IMG/VR virus record: IMGVR_UViG_3300032285_004008
Direction: 5' to 3' (one strand)
DNA: 64,000 nucleotides
Origin: a virus
Shown here: positions 1 through 9,121 of the stretch, piece by piece
Layout of the letters: every line of letters begins with the position of its first letter
Numbering within the stretch: the stretch's first letter is position 1
Made by a program: the position numbers and the translations under genes
Notes under the pieces: generated by a model
Told to the model about the DNA's origin: nothing
Seen by the model: only the letters and a program-made list of their open reading frames with translations
Databases searched by the model: none

Positions 1-168
1 ATCCAGAACATATGCAGTTACGCCAGCACCAGTGTAAGGAACAGAGTAGGAACCATCAATGGCACCATCTAAGCGGTCTAGCCCCCAAGAGGATACGGCA
101 GCATAGGCAGGAACAGCAGTAAGCGTTAATGAAGCAACCAAGGCTCCAATAAGTAATTTATTCTTCAT
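1..168 (-). CDS. Secreted subtilisin/proteinase-K-like S8 serine peptidase, 5' part (runs off window start)
   Basis: Hand translation from ATG at 168: MKNKLLIGALVASLTLTAVPAYAAVSSWGLDRLDGAIDGSYSVPYTGAGVTAYVLD. Signal peptide followed by the WGLDR and G-x-GV-x-AYVLD motifs of proteinase-K-like S8 enzymes. Not in the ORF track. Confidence 0.8.
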   Translation of the reverse strand, partial: MKNKLLIGALVASLTLTAVPAYAAVSSWGLDRLDGAIDGSYSVPYTGAGVTAYVLD

Positions 169-174
169 GCCTAA

Positions 175-203
175 ACTATAGGCATATTTTTCTTAAATGT
201 CAA
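175..203 (-). promoter_or_regulatory. Sigma70/SigA-type promoter, probably leaderless, for the S8 peptidase
   Basis: TTGACA-17 nt-TATAGT, then 6 nt to the ATG at 168. Confidence 0.7.
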
Positions 204-219
204 GTTTTACTGCATTAAA

Positions 220-1107
220 CTAGTCAAGTAGCTGTTCTATGCAATATGGTAGGTCTTCTATATTTCCATCATTAAAAAGATACCTATCAAACGGGTACTT
301 ATTCAAAGCAGTCTCAGAAATATGGTCATTTGCTGGACCAACGCTTTCACGAATAATACGCCAGACTTCCCCGCCATTTGAGTAAATAGCGTCAGCCTCA
401 TTAGGGAATCTGACGTCAGCAAATACTACCTTTTCACCGTCTGGAATTGCTGCAATTGCTGCATCAACCCAAAAATTTTCTCCCCACATCTCTCGTCCAA
501 CTTCGGTCCCCATGCGCTGCATAAGGCTACGAATATCAGGACTTTGAGTTTTTAACTCCTCCCACCCCATGAGATCAACTGCCGTAGCAAGATGCATGCT
601 GTAGCCATTTAGATCTACGGTGGGATTCAGTCTGTATAAGGCACCACGCATTTGATCTGCAAAAGACACTTTAGTGTAACCATGCGCAGCAACCAAATAG
701 TTTGCAACAGTATCCTTACCGCTACGTGCCCAGCCAGACAAGCCAATCATTCTAATTCGGGGAATCAATTCTCCGTTTTTTAATACCATCAAAGGAAGTC
801 CAAGTGCTTTAGCTACTGTTACTTCAAGAGTAGCTCCTTTAGATTTCTCCCACCCAGGGAGCAAGCAAAGCATGTCTACGTCCATAACATGAGGCAAGTC
901 ACGCTTCATATAATATGACCAAAGGTTATTAGGGGATTCTGGAGTACCAGCTGACTGTAGTGCTTCTTGAACAGTTGCTCCATCATTGTGTGCTGGATTT
1001 ATTACGTCATATCCTAGCTTTTCAAGCTCACGCTCTGCTTCAAAAAATGCTGGAAAATTGAAATCCTCCATGCCACTCATAGGGCCAGCGATATACACCT
1101 TAGTCAT
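220..1107 (-). CDS. Fusion of DUF4406/nucleoside 2-deoxyribosyltransferase-like domain and deoxynucleoside monophosphate kinase
   Basis: N-term VYIAGPMSG...NFPAF...NPA...LPGWEKSKGA..E; C-term P-loop GLSGWARSGKDT, R..MQ..GTE.GR and DVRFPNE as in phage dNMP kinases. Confidence 0.8.
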   Translation of the reverse strand: MTKVYIAGPMSGMEDFNFPAFFEAERELEKLGYDVINPAHNDGATVQEALQSAGTPESPNNLWSYYMKRDLPHVMDVDMLCLLPGWEKSKGATLEVTVAKALGLPLMVLKNGELIPRIRMIGLSGWARSGKDTVANYLVAAHGYTKVSFADQMRGALYRLNPTVDLNGYSMHLATAVDLMGWEELKTQSPDIRSLMQRMGTEVGREMWGENFWVDAAIAAIPDGEKVVFADVRFPNEADAIYSNGGEVWRIIRESVGPANDHISETALNKYPFDRYLFNDGNIEDLPYCIEQLLD

Positions 1108-1133
1108 TGGATTCCTTTAGTTATATAGATATT

Positions 1134-1769
1134 TTAAGACCAGTTAGGTACTAGATCTATAAAATAGTTTGTAGTGTGTTTTGTAGTTAAAGTGATGTTG
1201 TATCTAGGAACATCTCCCTTAACAGGCTTTACCTCATGAGTATAGTCGGCATTTCCAGAAAAGACTACAAGTGAATTCGAGTTAGGTTTAAATAAAATAT
1301 CTTTATTTTTAAAATATAGCTCCCCACCCTCGTAGTCGTCATTGATATAAAAGTTAATAGCACTTTTTATGTCAGAATTATTTTCATCATCTCGATGCTC
1401 CCCCAGATATCCACCAGCCGTATATCTTTTAACGACTCCCATGTATCCTTTAGGTGTCATATTAGGGAATCCATAAAAATTTAATTTTTCGCTTATGGAT
1501 TTAAAAAATTCAGATTCTTTTAGCGGAACAGCCACTATTGAAGATTTTGCCTTAGTAGTATTTTTTACAGAAGTATCTATAAAATAATCCTGCCTAATTT
1601 TATCTGTTGGCCACATATCTTCTGCAAGTATTTTAAAAAATTCTTTAGTAGACCTATCCCAGTCTATCTTTGAAAAATCATCATTTAGATATGAAAAAAG
1701 AGCGCTAATCTCGAAATTAGTTAGAAAATTTTCGTAAACAAAAATTCCGGGATAGCGCTCTTCAAACAA
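1134..1769 (-). CDS. 2OG-Fe(II) dioxygenase, prolyl-4-hydroxylase-like
   Basis: HRD...YINDDYEGGELYF...HEV...RY motif set. Confidence 0.85.
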   Translation of the reverse strand: MFEERYPGIFVYENFLTNFEISALFSYLNDDFSKIDWDRSTKEFFKILAEDMWPTDKIRQDYFIDTSVKNTTKAKSSIVAVPLKESEFFKSISEKLNFYGFPNMTPKGYMGVVKRYTAGGYLGEHRDDENNSDIKSAINFYINDDYEGGELYFKNKDILFKPNSNSLVVFSGNADYTHEVKPVKGDVPRYNITLTTKHTTNYFIDLVPNWS

Positions 1770-1778
1770 AATATATGT

Positions 1779-2021
1779 CTACTTTGATTCTTCAGACTCT
1801 ACTACTGGAGCTGCAGTAGCCCACTGAGCCAAAACTACATAATCCAAGCTGTAGCATGTAGAGATAGTAGAGTTATTTTCTCCACCCTGAATAATTGTAA
1901 TAGTCTTATCGCTAATATGGCTAACTACACCGCGGTGTTGTGTAGAAGCCTCTCCTGGAACAGCGATCTTTAAAACTACAACAGAATTCAAGATTCCATC
2001 TGGAAAAATATTATTTGACAT
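1779..2021 (-). CDS. Hypothetical protein
   Basis: 80-aa ORF with SD AGGAG, in the gene string. Confidence 0.6.
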   Translation of the reverse strand: MSNNIFPDGILNSVVVLKIAVPGEASTQHRGVVSHISDKTITIIQGGENNSTISTCYSLDYVVLAQWATAAPVVESEESK

Positions 2022-2040
2022 TTTATCTCCTAATTGTTAA

Positions 2041-2589
2041 TTAAATTGTAGCTCCACCGATTTCTCGGTTACAAGCAGTTAGTTCACCAGTCTGAAGTGC
2101 ATCAAGAACTCGCAAAGCCTCCTGAGCATTACGACCAGTATCTAGACCATTAACAGTGACATGCTGAATAATATTTTCTGGGTCAACTAAGAATGTTGCA
2201 CGAAGTGCAACACCAGACTCATGACGAACACCAAGCTGATCAACTAAAGACCCATTCCAGCTATCAATGCGAGTATCAGCAAACATAATACTGGTCAGCT
2301 TAGCTAGATCTGGGTGAGCTTCCTTCCAAGCAAGCTTGCAGAACTCATTATCGGTTGAACCAGACATGAGAACTGCACCACGAGCTTCGAACTCAGCGTT
2401 TAGCTTGTCATACTCGATAATCTCGGTAGGGCAAACAAAAGTAAAGTCCTTAGGGTAGAAAACGATAACCTTCCACTTGCCAGGAAACGACTTTTCAGTA
2501 ATTTCCTCGAAGTAGGTTCCATCGTGAAGGACGTATGGATATACCCCAACAACTTTAAATTCGCCTAGTTTATCTCCAACAGTAAGCAT
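2041..2589 (-). CDS. ahpC: Peroxiredoxin AhpC
   Basis: FYPKDFTFVCPTE peroxidatic motif, GRN..E.LR.LDALQ and resolving Cys. Start reassigned to MLTVGDKL (ATG 2589, TAATG overlap with the upstream stop). Confidence 0.92.
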   Translation of the reverse strand: MLTVGDKLGEFKVVGVYPYVLHDGTYFEEITEKSFPGKWKVIVFYPKDFTFVCPTEIIEYDKLNAEFEARGAVLMSGSTDNEFCKLAWKEAHPDLAKLTSIMFADTRIDSWNGSLVDQLGVRHESGVALRATFLVDPENIIQHVTVNGLDTGRNAQEALRVLDALQTGELTACNREIGGATI

Positions 2590-2810
2590 TATGCTCTTAC
2601 TCCGATCTTTTCTATGACCGCGTCGGCGATCGTTTCCGCATGCTGGATAGTCTGATCTTTGATAGAAATATTCCATCCACCAACTACCTCCGGTTCAATG
2701 TTTGCATAGTTTCCATTAAGTTTTGTTGAAACAATGTCTGCAACTAGTGGAGCTATGTTCTCCGCAGACATTGGGCTAGAATAATCAATTCCACCAACTT
2801 TAGTCATCAT
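2589..2810 (-). CDS. Hypothetical protein
   Basis: 73-aa ORF translationally coupled to ahpC. Confidence 0.6.
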   Translation of the reverse strand: MMTKVGGIDYSSPMSAENIAPLVADIVSTKLNGNYANIEPEVVGGWNISIKDQTIQHAETIADAVIEKIGVRA

Positions 2811-2815
2811 TTGTC

Positions 2816-3160
2816 CTATTCTTCAGAAATTAGATATTCCATAAGTTTTGGGTTATCTCGCAATAATACTAACAGGGATTCTTCCCAAATTCCAATAAAG
2901 AAATGCTCCCAAATTTCAAAATTATCGCTTTTCTTTGGAACCACGGATGTATCGTAAACATTCCTAGTAGCATGCATAAGCTCATGCCATAGAGTTAGTT
3001 GCTGACGACTATGAGAGATATCTTTATCAAGTACAATCAGATTTTCGGTGTCCAAAGTATAGCCAAAAGTGCCATCGTTGAGCATTCCATCGTCATGACG
3101 TGACCGCTCAATGACGTCAAACCATTGACTTCCAACTTTGATTTTTAGGGGGATATCCAT
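2816..3160 (-). CDS. Small HExxH metallopeptidase-like protein
   Basis: TLWHELMHA...WEH motif typical of small phage zincin-like proteins. Confidence 0.6.
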   Translation of the reverse strand: MDIPLKIKVGSQWFDVIERSRHDDGMLNDGTFGYTLDTENLIVLDKDISHSRQQLTLWHELMHATRNVYDTSVVPKKSDNFEIWEHFFIGIWEESLLVLLRDNPKLMEYLISEE

Positions 3161-3184
3161 GATAGACAGTCTATCTCAAAATAG

Positions 3185-3784
3185 TTATAGCTTCTTTTTA
3201 ACAAACGCGGTACTAGAATACCTAATGCCAGAGGATACTGGCAATACCCCATGCGAGTAATCAGGTGTACCCGGGTGAATTACTAAGCTTCCAATTTTAG
3301 GCTTTATTGCAATTTTTAGATCAGGATAGTATATTTCCCCACCCTCGTAATCATCATTCAAATACAAGACCATCCCATGGGGAGTAGCTATATTTTTATT
3401 TAGACTTGGTCCATCATCTGAATGAACCTCCAAACCTACCCCAGATCGCATAGTTACTACAGTACCTAGATTTATATACTCGATATTAGGATCTTTTTCA
3501 TATCTATCTTCGTAGATCTCGATAGATCTTTTGACAATATCTTTAACTATTAATTGAACTTTAGTGTCTGGATGATGGAACAGATATATGTATGGAGAAT
3601 CATCGTAAGCTTTTTTACCATCATTAATGTATTCATATAAATTATCAGCATATGATCGGTCTGATAGAGCCAACTCTACAGCTTGAACTAGGTAGTTACA
3701 TAAATCTGCTGATAGAAAATCTTCAACATAAGTGATCTCAGTTCCTTGAATAGAACTAGAAAAACTAGAAATATCATGATGCAT
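3185..3784 (-). CDS. 2OG-Fe(II) dioxygenase, prolyl-4-hydroxylase-like
   Basis: HSD...YLNDDYEGGEIYYP...HGV...GIRY. Confidence 0.85.
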   Translation of the reverse strand: MHHDISSFSSSIQGTEITYVEDFLSADLCNYLVQAVELALSDRSYADNLYEYINDGKKAYDDSPYIYLFHHPDTKVQLIVKDIVKRSIEIYEDRYEKDPNIEYINLGTVVTMRSGVGLEVHSDDGPSLNKNIATPHGMVLYLNDDYEGGEIYYPDLKIAIKPKIGSLVIHPGTPDYSHGVLPVSSGIRYSSTAFVKKKL

Positions 3785-4382
3785 TAGCTACAAAATACCT
3801 TCCATACTCAGTGTATGGAATTACAGTAGAGTCAATCCACCAATCTTCATGAGGGTGACGTTGGACTAGCTTGTAACCATAACTAGATAAGACAGCACGC
3901 TGGGCATCTCGCTCAATAGTATTTTTATAGTTATTCATGCAGTCATGCTCGAATTGAATTACAGTAAATCTATAAGTACTAAGTGGTAAATTGATTAACC
4001 CTTGTAGACATAATGCTGATCCACCAACTTCATTTCCCAGCTTGTCATACCCAGCATCCATATCTACCTGCAAGTAGTCAATTTGCTTGGGAAAATTATT
4101 TTCTTCAAAATATTTACGAAAATCAAAAGTAGTTGCATCATGCAATACGCAAGGGTTTTTACGATTAGAGTTAAATTCTTTAGCATAGTCGGGGACAACC
4201 TCTAGAGATACTCCAGACCAGTTAAAGCCATTTTCTAGGAGCCAGGTATTGCTACCCTTTTTAGAATGAAAAGCACCAAGCTCTACATAATAGCCATTCT
4301 TTTTTTCATTTAAAACGTTAATAACAAAAGACTCGTTGCCGCCGCCACCACTATTACTTTCCGGATAGATACGATAATTCAT
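3774..4382 (-). CDS. FkbM-family SAM-dependent methyltransferase
   Basis: YVELGA...SNT..LE...WSG...E and IDYLQVD motifs. Confidence 0.7.
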   Translation of the reverse strand: MNYRIYPESNSGGGGNESFVINVLNEKKNGYYVELGAFHSKKGSNTWLLENGFNWSGVSLEVVPDYAKEFNSNRKNPCVLHDATTFDFRKYFEENNFPKQIDYLQVDMDAGYDKLGNEVGGSALCLQGLINLPLSTYRFTVIQFEHDCMNNYKNTIERDAQRAVLSSYGYKLVQRHPHEDWWIDSTVIPYTEYGRYFVANAS

Positions 4383-4384
4383 TT

Positions 4385-4636
4385 TTATCCTTCAAGAGAT
4401 TCAATAACACCAATAGCCCACTCTACGCATGCGCTATCTTCAGACTTAAAGGCTTCAATAATTTTTAACTTCATATCTTCAGAGCCAAGCTCATAGCCAA
4501 AAGTACTAGATGCATCGATAGCCTCAGCCGTAGCATCTTTAAGTGCCTCCTTAGCTGCCATAGCAGCCCGTACGGCAGATCCAATTTTTGTAATGATTAG
4601 CTCATCACTGGCGTCGATGCCTGGCACTTGCGACAT
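4385..4636 (-). CDS. Hypothetical protein
   Basis: 83-aa ORF in the gene string. Confidence 0.55.
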   Translation of the reverse strand: MSQVPGIDASDELIITKIGSAVRAAMAAKEALKDATAEAIDASSTFGYELGSEDMKLKIIEAFKSEDSACVEWAIGVIESLEG

Positions 4637-4893
4637 AAGTATTGCTCTCTTTTCTCTTTTTCTTTTTTAGCCTGAATACGTTCAACTTTACGCTTAATTT
4701 TACGAATTTTAAGATCAATACCGCTTGCTGGATCGGCATCATCCTTGAAAAATATTAAACAACCTTCAGTAAGAATTGCCATAGAAAATAATAGAGCTGC
4801 AATTAACATAGCCCCTTCAGTATTGTAGGCAATATACGCTATAGCTAAAAGCATTACTGCATTAGCATGAAATAAACCTTCAATTAGTTTCAT
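4597..4893 (-). CDS. Hypothetical membrane protein
   Basis: Two hydrophobic segments and a basic C-terminus; start reassigned to ATG 4893 (SD GAAGGAAAGG). Confidence 0.55.
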   Translation of the reverse strand: MKLIEGLFHANAVMLLAIAYIAYNTEGAMLIAALLFSMAILTEGCLIFFKDDADPASGIDLKIRKIKRKVERIQAKKEKEKREQYLCRKCQASTPVMS

Positions 4894-4994
4894 TAAAAAG
4901 ACCTTTCCTTCATACGTCGTTCCAAATAGCACTGGGGGCAGTAACTGCCCTTAAAGCGAATTCGGTGCTTGCGACAAGGATACCCCTTTTTCAT

Positions 4995-5690
4995 TTAAGG
5001 CGCAACTCTTCCATTTTTATTAAATGTTTCATAGGTTATAGGCATTTTTTCAGCAAAGAACTCTTCCATCTTTTCAGCAACCATTTCAATTTCCCGCTGA
5101 GGAAAACTAGGGAAGTGGGTGCCTTCGCGAATAGTACGTAAGGATAGAAAGTTCATAAGAGATCTTGCATTAATAGTTACATACATGCTGCTGTAGATGT
5201 TCAGCGGAAGAACCATACGAGCTACTTCACGGGCTATGCCAGATTCCATAAGCTCTCTGTAACGATGATAAGCGTGCTCAGATACAAGCTCAAAGTCCAC
5301 TTCAATATCGTCATGCTGCTCGGCAGTTCCTGGCTCAAAGGTATATGCCCCTGGCTTTCCCTGCTGAATTAGCTTTCGACTGCGGTCTGGGATGTAAAAC
5401 ACAGGAGCAAGCTCCTTGTAGCGACCCGACTCCTCGTTGTAGGAGGCGATGCGGTGACGCATGAACTCACGGAAAACAAATATTGGTGCTTCAATATAAA
5501 AGGTAAAGGCATTGTGCTCAAACGGCGACCCGTGGCGATCGCGCATCAAATAATTGATTAGGCCAGCATCTTTTTCAGGATTTTCCGAGGCTCCTGTAGA
5601 TACACGAGCTGCCATAGTTACAGCCTCATCGGAGGCCATAGAATTGATAAGTCTTACAGTAACGTCGCTGCGAAAAGTAATTTCGATCAT
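4995..5690 (-). CDS. thyX: FAD-dependent thymidylate synthase ThyX
   Basis: HGSPFEH, REFMRHRIASYNEESGRY ThyX signature, REVARMVLP; start probably ATG 5690 (or 5696). Confidence 0.95.
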   Translation of the reverse strand: MIEITFRSDVTVRLINSMASDEAVTMAARVSTGASENPEKDAGLINYLMRDRHGSPFEHNAFTFYIEAPIFVFREFMRHRIASYNEESGRYKELAPVFYIPDRSRKLIQQGKPGAYTFEPGTAEQHDDIEVDFELVSEHAYHRYRELMESGIAREVARMVLPLNIYSSMYVTINARSLMNFLSLRTIREGTHFPSFPQREIEMVAEKMEEFFAEKMPITYETFNKNGRVAP

Positions 5691-5715
5691 GCTCATACTT
5701 TAGCATGACTAATAA

Positions 5716-7158
5716 CTATCTGCCAGTAATTACCTTAGTTTTATAGTGTTCTTCCCACAGGGCTACATCATTCAAATCATTAAGAATTGGCTGTCCCTTT
5801 ATATTCAGACTTGTATTAAGAAGTACAGGAACTCCAGTCAATTCATAGAATTTTTTTAAGACAGCGTAGAGCCCGGGGTGCTGCTGAGCATTAACAGTTT
5901 GAACCCTAGAAGTACCATCATGATGCACAACCGACGGGATTGCTTCTGGCTTTAAGCATTTCGGGGTATATTGCATATACGGAGATGCATAATCCATATC
6001 AAACCATTCAGATGCATACTCCTCCATAACTACAGGAGCAAACGGTCTAAATAGCTCACGTTTCTTTATTTTATTTACTTTATCCTTGATGTCGGGATCG
6101 CGAGGATCAGCGAGAATACTACGGTTACCCAGAGCTCTTGGACCATATTCAGCTCTTCCGTTCGCTACTGGAGCTATTTTGTTTTTAATAAGAGCGTCTA
6201 CTATTTCATCCACCGGATAGTCGCCAGGAATGTTAGTACCAAGGTATGGACCCCTCCAGTTTAGTTTCTTTTCATAAAAAGCTGCTGCTGCCCCTAAAGA
6301 TGAACCAGCATCACCAGGGTTAGGCATAATCCATATATTAGGAAATATATCGTGAAGCAGTGTATTTGCCTTGCTATTGAGAGCACACCCACCAGCAAAA
6401 ACTAAATTATCGCTCCATGATTCTTGTCTAGCAATGTAGACAAAATCCCATAGGCGATCTTCATAGACTCTCTGCACAGCTGCCGCTATATGGAACTTAT
6501 CATTATCAGTTATATCTTGGCCCCAGTCATCGATACCCTTATGAAAGTTATAGGTTTGCTTGTACACAGAAGGGAAGTATTTAGAGACCTTTTCAAAATA
6601 GAGATCAGGATCACCATAAGCAGCCATGCCCATCATGATGTATTCTTCTTCATTTGGTTTTAGCCCAATTAGATCAGTAAAGGCCGAATAGAAAAGACCA
6701 AAACTAAATGGATACTTCCAACGCTTAACTTGCTTAAGCTCATCTCCTTTGCCATGCCATATAGAGCTAGTAGTAAATTCGCCAATAGCATCAAGAACAA
6801 TAACTACAGCATCATCAAATGGAGAGGTGTAATACCCCGCCGCAGCGTGGGAGTGGTGGTGGTACGCAACATATGTAGGAATGCCTTTAAGCTCAGGCAT
6901 ACTAGTATAAAAAGGTTTTCCACCACCTAAACCTCCTCTAGAAAATATACGCCACTTCTTAAGCCAGCGATCTTCATAATAGGCAATTCTATCGGGGGTG
7001 CCATATGAAAGTGCTTCAAGGATAAGATCACGATTGGTATACCAATCATTTTTAATTTTGGAATATCGCTCAGCATGAGCAGCAAATAAAATTTTGCCAT
7101 CTTCAATTAAAGTAATTGAAGCATCATGAGAAGTCTCATTTATACCTAGAATTTTCAT
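5716..7158 (-). CDS. Carbamoyltransferase (NodU/CmcH/TobZ family)
   Basis: HDAS...ERYS..K, HHHSHAA, DAIGE, GGCALN, GDAGSSLG, EYGPRALGNRSILADP, RPFAP, H.DGTSRVQTV, LLNTSLN. Confidence 0.92.
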   Translation of the reverse strand: MKILGINETSHDASITLIEDGKILFAAHAERYSKIKNDWYTNRDLILEALSYGTPDRIAYYEDRWLKKWRIFSRGGLGGGKPFYTSMPELKGIPTYVAYHHHSHAAAGYYTSPFDDAVVIVLDAIGEFTTSSIWHGKGDELKQVKRWKYPFSFGLFYSAFTDLIGLKPNEEEYIMMGMAAYGDPDLYFEKVSKYFPSVYKQTYNFHKGIDDWGQDITDNDKFHIAAAVQRVYEDRLWDFVYIARQESWSDNLVFAGGCALNSKANTLLHDIFPNIWIMPNPGDAGSSLGAAAAFYEKKLNWRGPYLGTNIPGDYPVDEIVDALIKNKIAPVANGRAEYGPRALGNRSILADPRDPDIKDKVNKIKKRELFRPFAPVVMEEYASEWFDMDYASPYMQYTPKCLKPEAIPSVVHHDGTSRVQTVNAQQHPGLYAVLKKFYELTGVPVLLNTSLNIKGQPILNDLNDVALWEEHYKTKVITGR

Positions 7159-7166
7159 AACAAGTC

Positions 7167-7787
7167 CTAATAGTTGAAATGCTTCGTGCTAGAGATATTT
7201 CCTTTACGGGAATAGAAAAAAACTAAATTTTTTCTCTCTCCCGAGAGAACTTCAGTTACCTCATGTATATGATCTATATCGCCTTTAAAAACTACTAGCT
7301 GACCCTTCTTAGGCTCAATAGCTAGATTCTGAAGATGAAATTTAAGCAATCCACCAGAGAAATCAATAGAGTGATTATTTAAATACAGAAGAGCTGAAAA
7401 TTCTAATTCTTCAGGGACCCCGTCGTCTCTCCAAGTAGAGCCATCCAATTTTACAGAGTCTGCATGAAGCTCGTTTTTGGCCCCTTTAGACATACTTTGA
7501 TAGGTGCAGTTCACTAAATCTAGTTCTAAATTAAAAAACTGTTCGGCATACGAGTGCACATTTTTGTACACAGACTCTAAATCAGAGACATATTGCTCTT
7601 TATCGGAAGAATAGTTTTTTACAGCCCTAGCGGAGGTGCCTACTTTAGAAGCATCCTCTGATGTGTCATAACCTAAGGCACCTTTAATACCCCCCTGAGG
7701 AGTAGGGGTAGCTAGCTCATCAAGAAAGATAGACAAGCTATCTGCCAAATCAGTAGGAATAAACCCATCAACTATAGAAATATTCAT
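7167..7787 (-). CDS. 2OG-Fe(II) dioxygenase, prolyl-4-hydroxylase-like
   Basis: HAD...LYLN...FSGGLL.F...HEV.EV.SGER. Confidence 0.85.
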   Translation of the reverse strand: MNISIVDGFIPTDLADSLSIFLDELATPTPQGGIKGALGYDTSEDASKVGTSARAVKNYSSDKEQYVSDLESVYKNVHSYAEQFFNLELDLVNCTYQSMSKGAKNELHADSVKLDGSTWRDDGVPEELEFSALLYLNNHSIDFSGGLLKFHLQNLAIEPKKGQLVVFKGDIDHIHEVTEVLSGERKNLVFFYSRKGNISSTKHFNY

Positions 7788-7806
7788 AAAGCCATCCTAC
7801 TTATTG

Positions 7807-7880
7807 TCGAGAGTGTGGGACTTGAACCCACGACGACCGAATTATGAGTTCGGGGCTCTAACCAGCTGAGCTAACTCCCG
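7807..7880 (-). tRNA. tRNA with CAT anticodon (elongator Met or Ile2)
   Basis: Cloverleaf: acceptor CGGGAGT/ACTCTCG+A, anticodon arm CCGAA-CTCATAA-TTCGG, T-loop GTTCAAGTC; CCA not encoded. Confidence 0.88.
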
Positions 7881-8304
7881 TTGAGCCAAAGCCACCATCT
7901 CCACGATCTGACTCTGGAAGTTCTTGCACTACTTCAAAATCTGCTCTAATAAATTCTTGAATAACAAGTTGAGCAATTCGATCTCCACGATTTACTACAA
8001 ATACATCATTTCCAGTATTGTACAGAATTACACCAATCTCGCCGCGATACCCAGAATCCACAGTCCCTGGAGTATTCAATACCGTAATGCCATTCTTTAG
8101 TGCGAGTCCACTACGAGGGTGCACGAATGCAACATAGTTGCTAGGTAGTGCAATTCTAACGCCAGTCTTGACTAAAGCCCTTTCTCCAGACTTAATTGCC
8201 AGATTTTCCGCTGAGCGTAGATCAGCTCCCGCATCGCCAAACTTAGCGTAACTTGGCAGTAGATCCGGTGATTCAGCAGTAATTAGCACAGTAGTCATAG
8301 ACAA
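7858..8304 (-). CDS. dut: dUTPase (trimeric)
   Basis: DAGADL, PRSGLA, GTVDSGYRGE, GDRIAQ and RGDGGFGSTG motifs. Confidence 0.95.
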   Translation of the reverse strand: MSMTTVLITAESPDLLPSYAKFGDAGADLRSAENLAIKSGERALVKTGVRIALPSNYVAFVHPRSGLALKNGITVLNTPGTVDSGYRGEIGVILYNTGNDVFVVNRGDRIAQLVIQEFIRADFEVVQELPESDRGDGGFGSTGVSSAG

Positions 8305-8329
8305 TACCCTAGCATAGTAAACTAGAAAA

Positions 8330-8920
8330 ATGACTAGTTACTCTAAAGAAGATATCAAAAAAGCTATAGCCGAGGCAAATGCCAAGGAAATTGCTGTATC
8401 TTTTAAGGGAATGGCCCCCATCACGCCCGGCTGGGATAAATTTATCCACTTAATACATTCAGAGATTCACGGGGCACCGAATACCACTATCCCAAATTCT
8501 CCCTTAGAAGAGAGAATGATAAATGGCGTGATAATCAGAAATCTTTTCTATCTAACTGTAAGAATATCTAAATTAGAGATGCTATCTGAATCAAGTGCAC
8601 TTATAGAAGTATTTAGCGATATTTTTAATACAGAAATACTTCCAGTCTCGGCATTTATAAATATTATTGGTGGGGAAAAGCCAGGAGAAGCTCATAAAGA
8701 TAATAGGGAGACTATTTTCTGGCAATGCCATGGCGTGTCAGAATGGACGCTATACGAGACACCAGAATCGCCAAAATATGAGACATCAGAATTAAAAATA
8801 TATAAAAAGATAAGGCTAGATCCGGGGGATGTTTTATATCTAAGAAATCAAGGAATACACTCAGTGCAGAATTTTGGACCAAGAGCATCTATTGCTTTTA
8901 TGCCTGATAATCGTAACTAG
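8330..8920 (+). CDS. JmjC/cupin-4-like 2OG oxygenase
   Basis: HKD...FWQCHG..EW...L.PGDVLY.....HSV; paralog of 9895..10569. Confidence 0.7.
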   Translation: MTSYSKEDIKKAIAEANAKEIAVSFKGMAPITPGWDKFIHLIHSEIHGAPNTTIPNSPLEERMINGVIIRNLFYLTVRISKLEMLSESSALIEVFSDIFNTEILPVSAFINIIGGEKPGEAHKDNRETIFWQCHGVSEWTLYETPESPKYETSELKIYKKIRLDPGDVLYLRNQGIHSVQNFGPRASIAFMPDNRN

Positions 8921-8993
8921 AGCCTCCAACAGGACTTGAACCCGTCACCTACGCATTACAAGTGCGTCGCTCTACCAGATGAGCTATAGAGGC
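8921..8993 (-). tRNA. tRNA-Thr(TGT)
   Basis: GCCTCTATAGCTCA...ACGCA-CTTGTAA-TGCGT...GGTTCAAGTCC...TGGAGGCT cloverleaf. Confidence 0.92.
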
Positions 8994-9050
8994 AGTAAAA
9001 GAATTTAGTATCAGGAAACATATTTGTCTGATGATCTTATGATTCTTTTG

Positions 9051-9121
9051 AGCGGATAGCGAGAATCGAACTCGCACCTTCAACTTGGAAGGATGAGGCA
9101 CTACCATTATGCAATATCCGC
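9051..9121 (-). tRNA. tRNA-Gly(TCC)
   Basis: GCGGATA/TATCCGC+T acceptor, anticodon loop CTTCCAA, T-arm GCGAGTTCGATTCTCGC. Confidence 0.9.

Noticed and set aside
2590-2676. N-terminal extension of AhpC in the ORF track
   Set aside because: Overlaps the upstream gene; homology starts at MLTVGD (2589).
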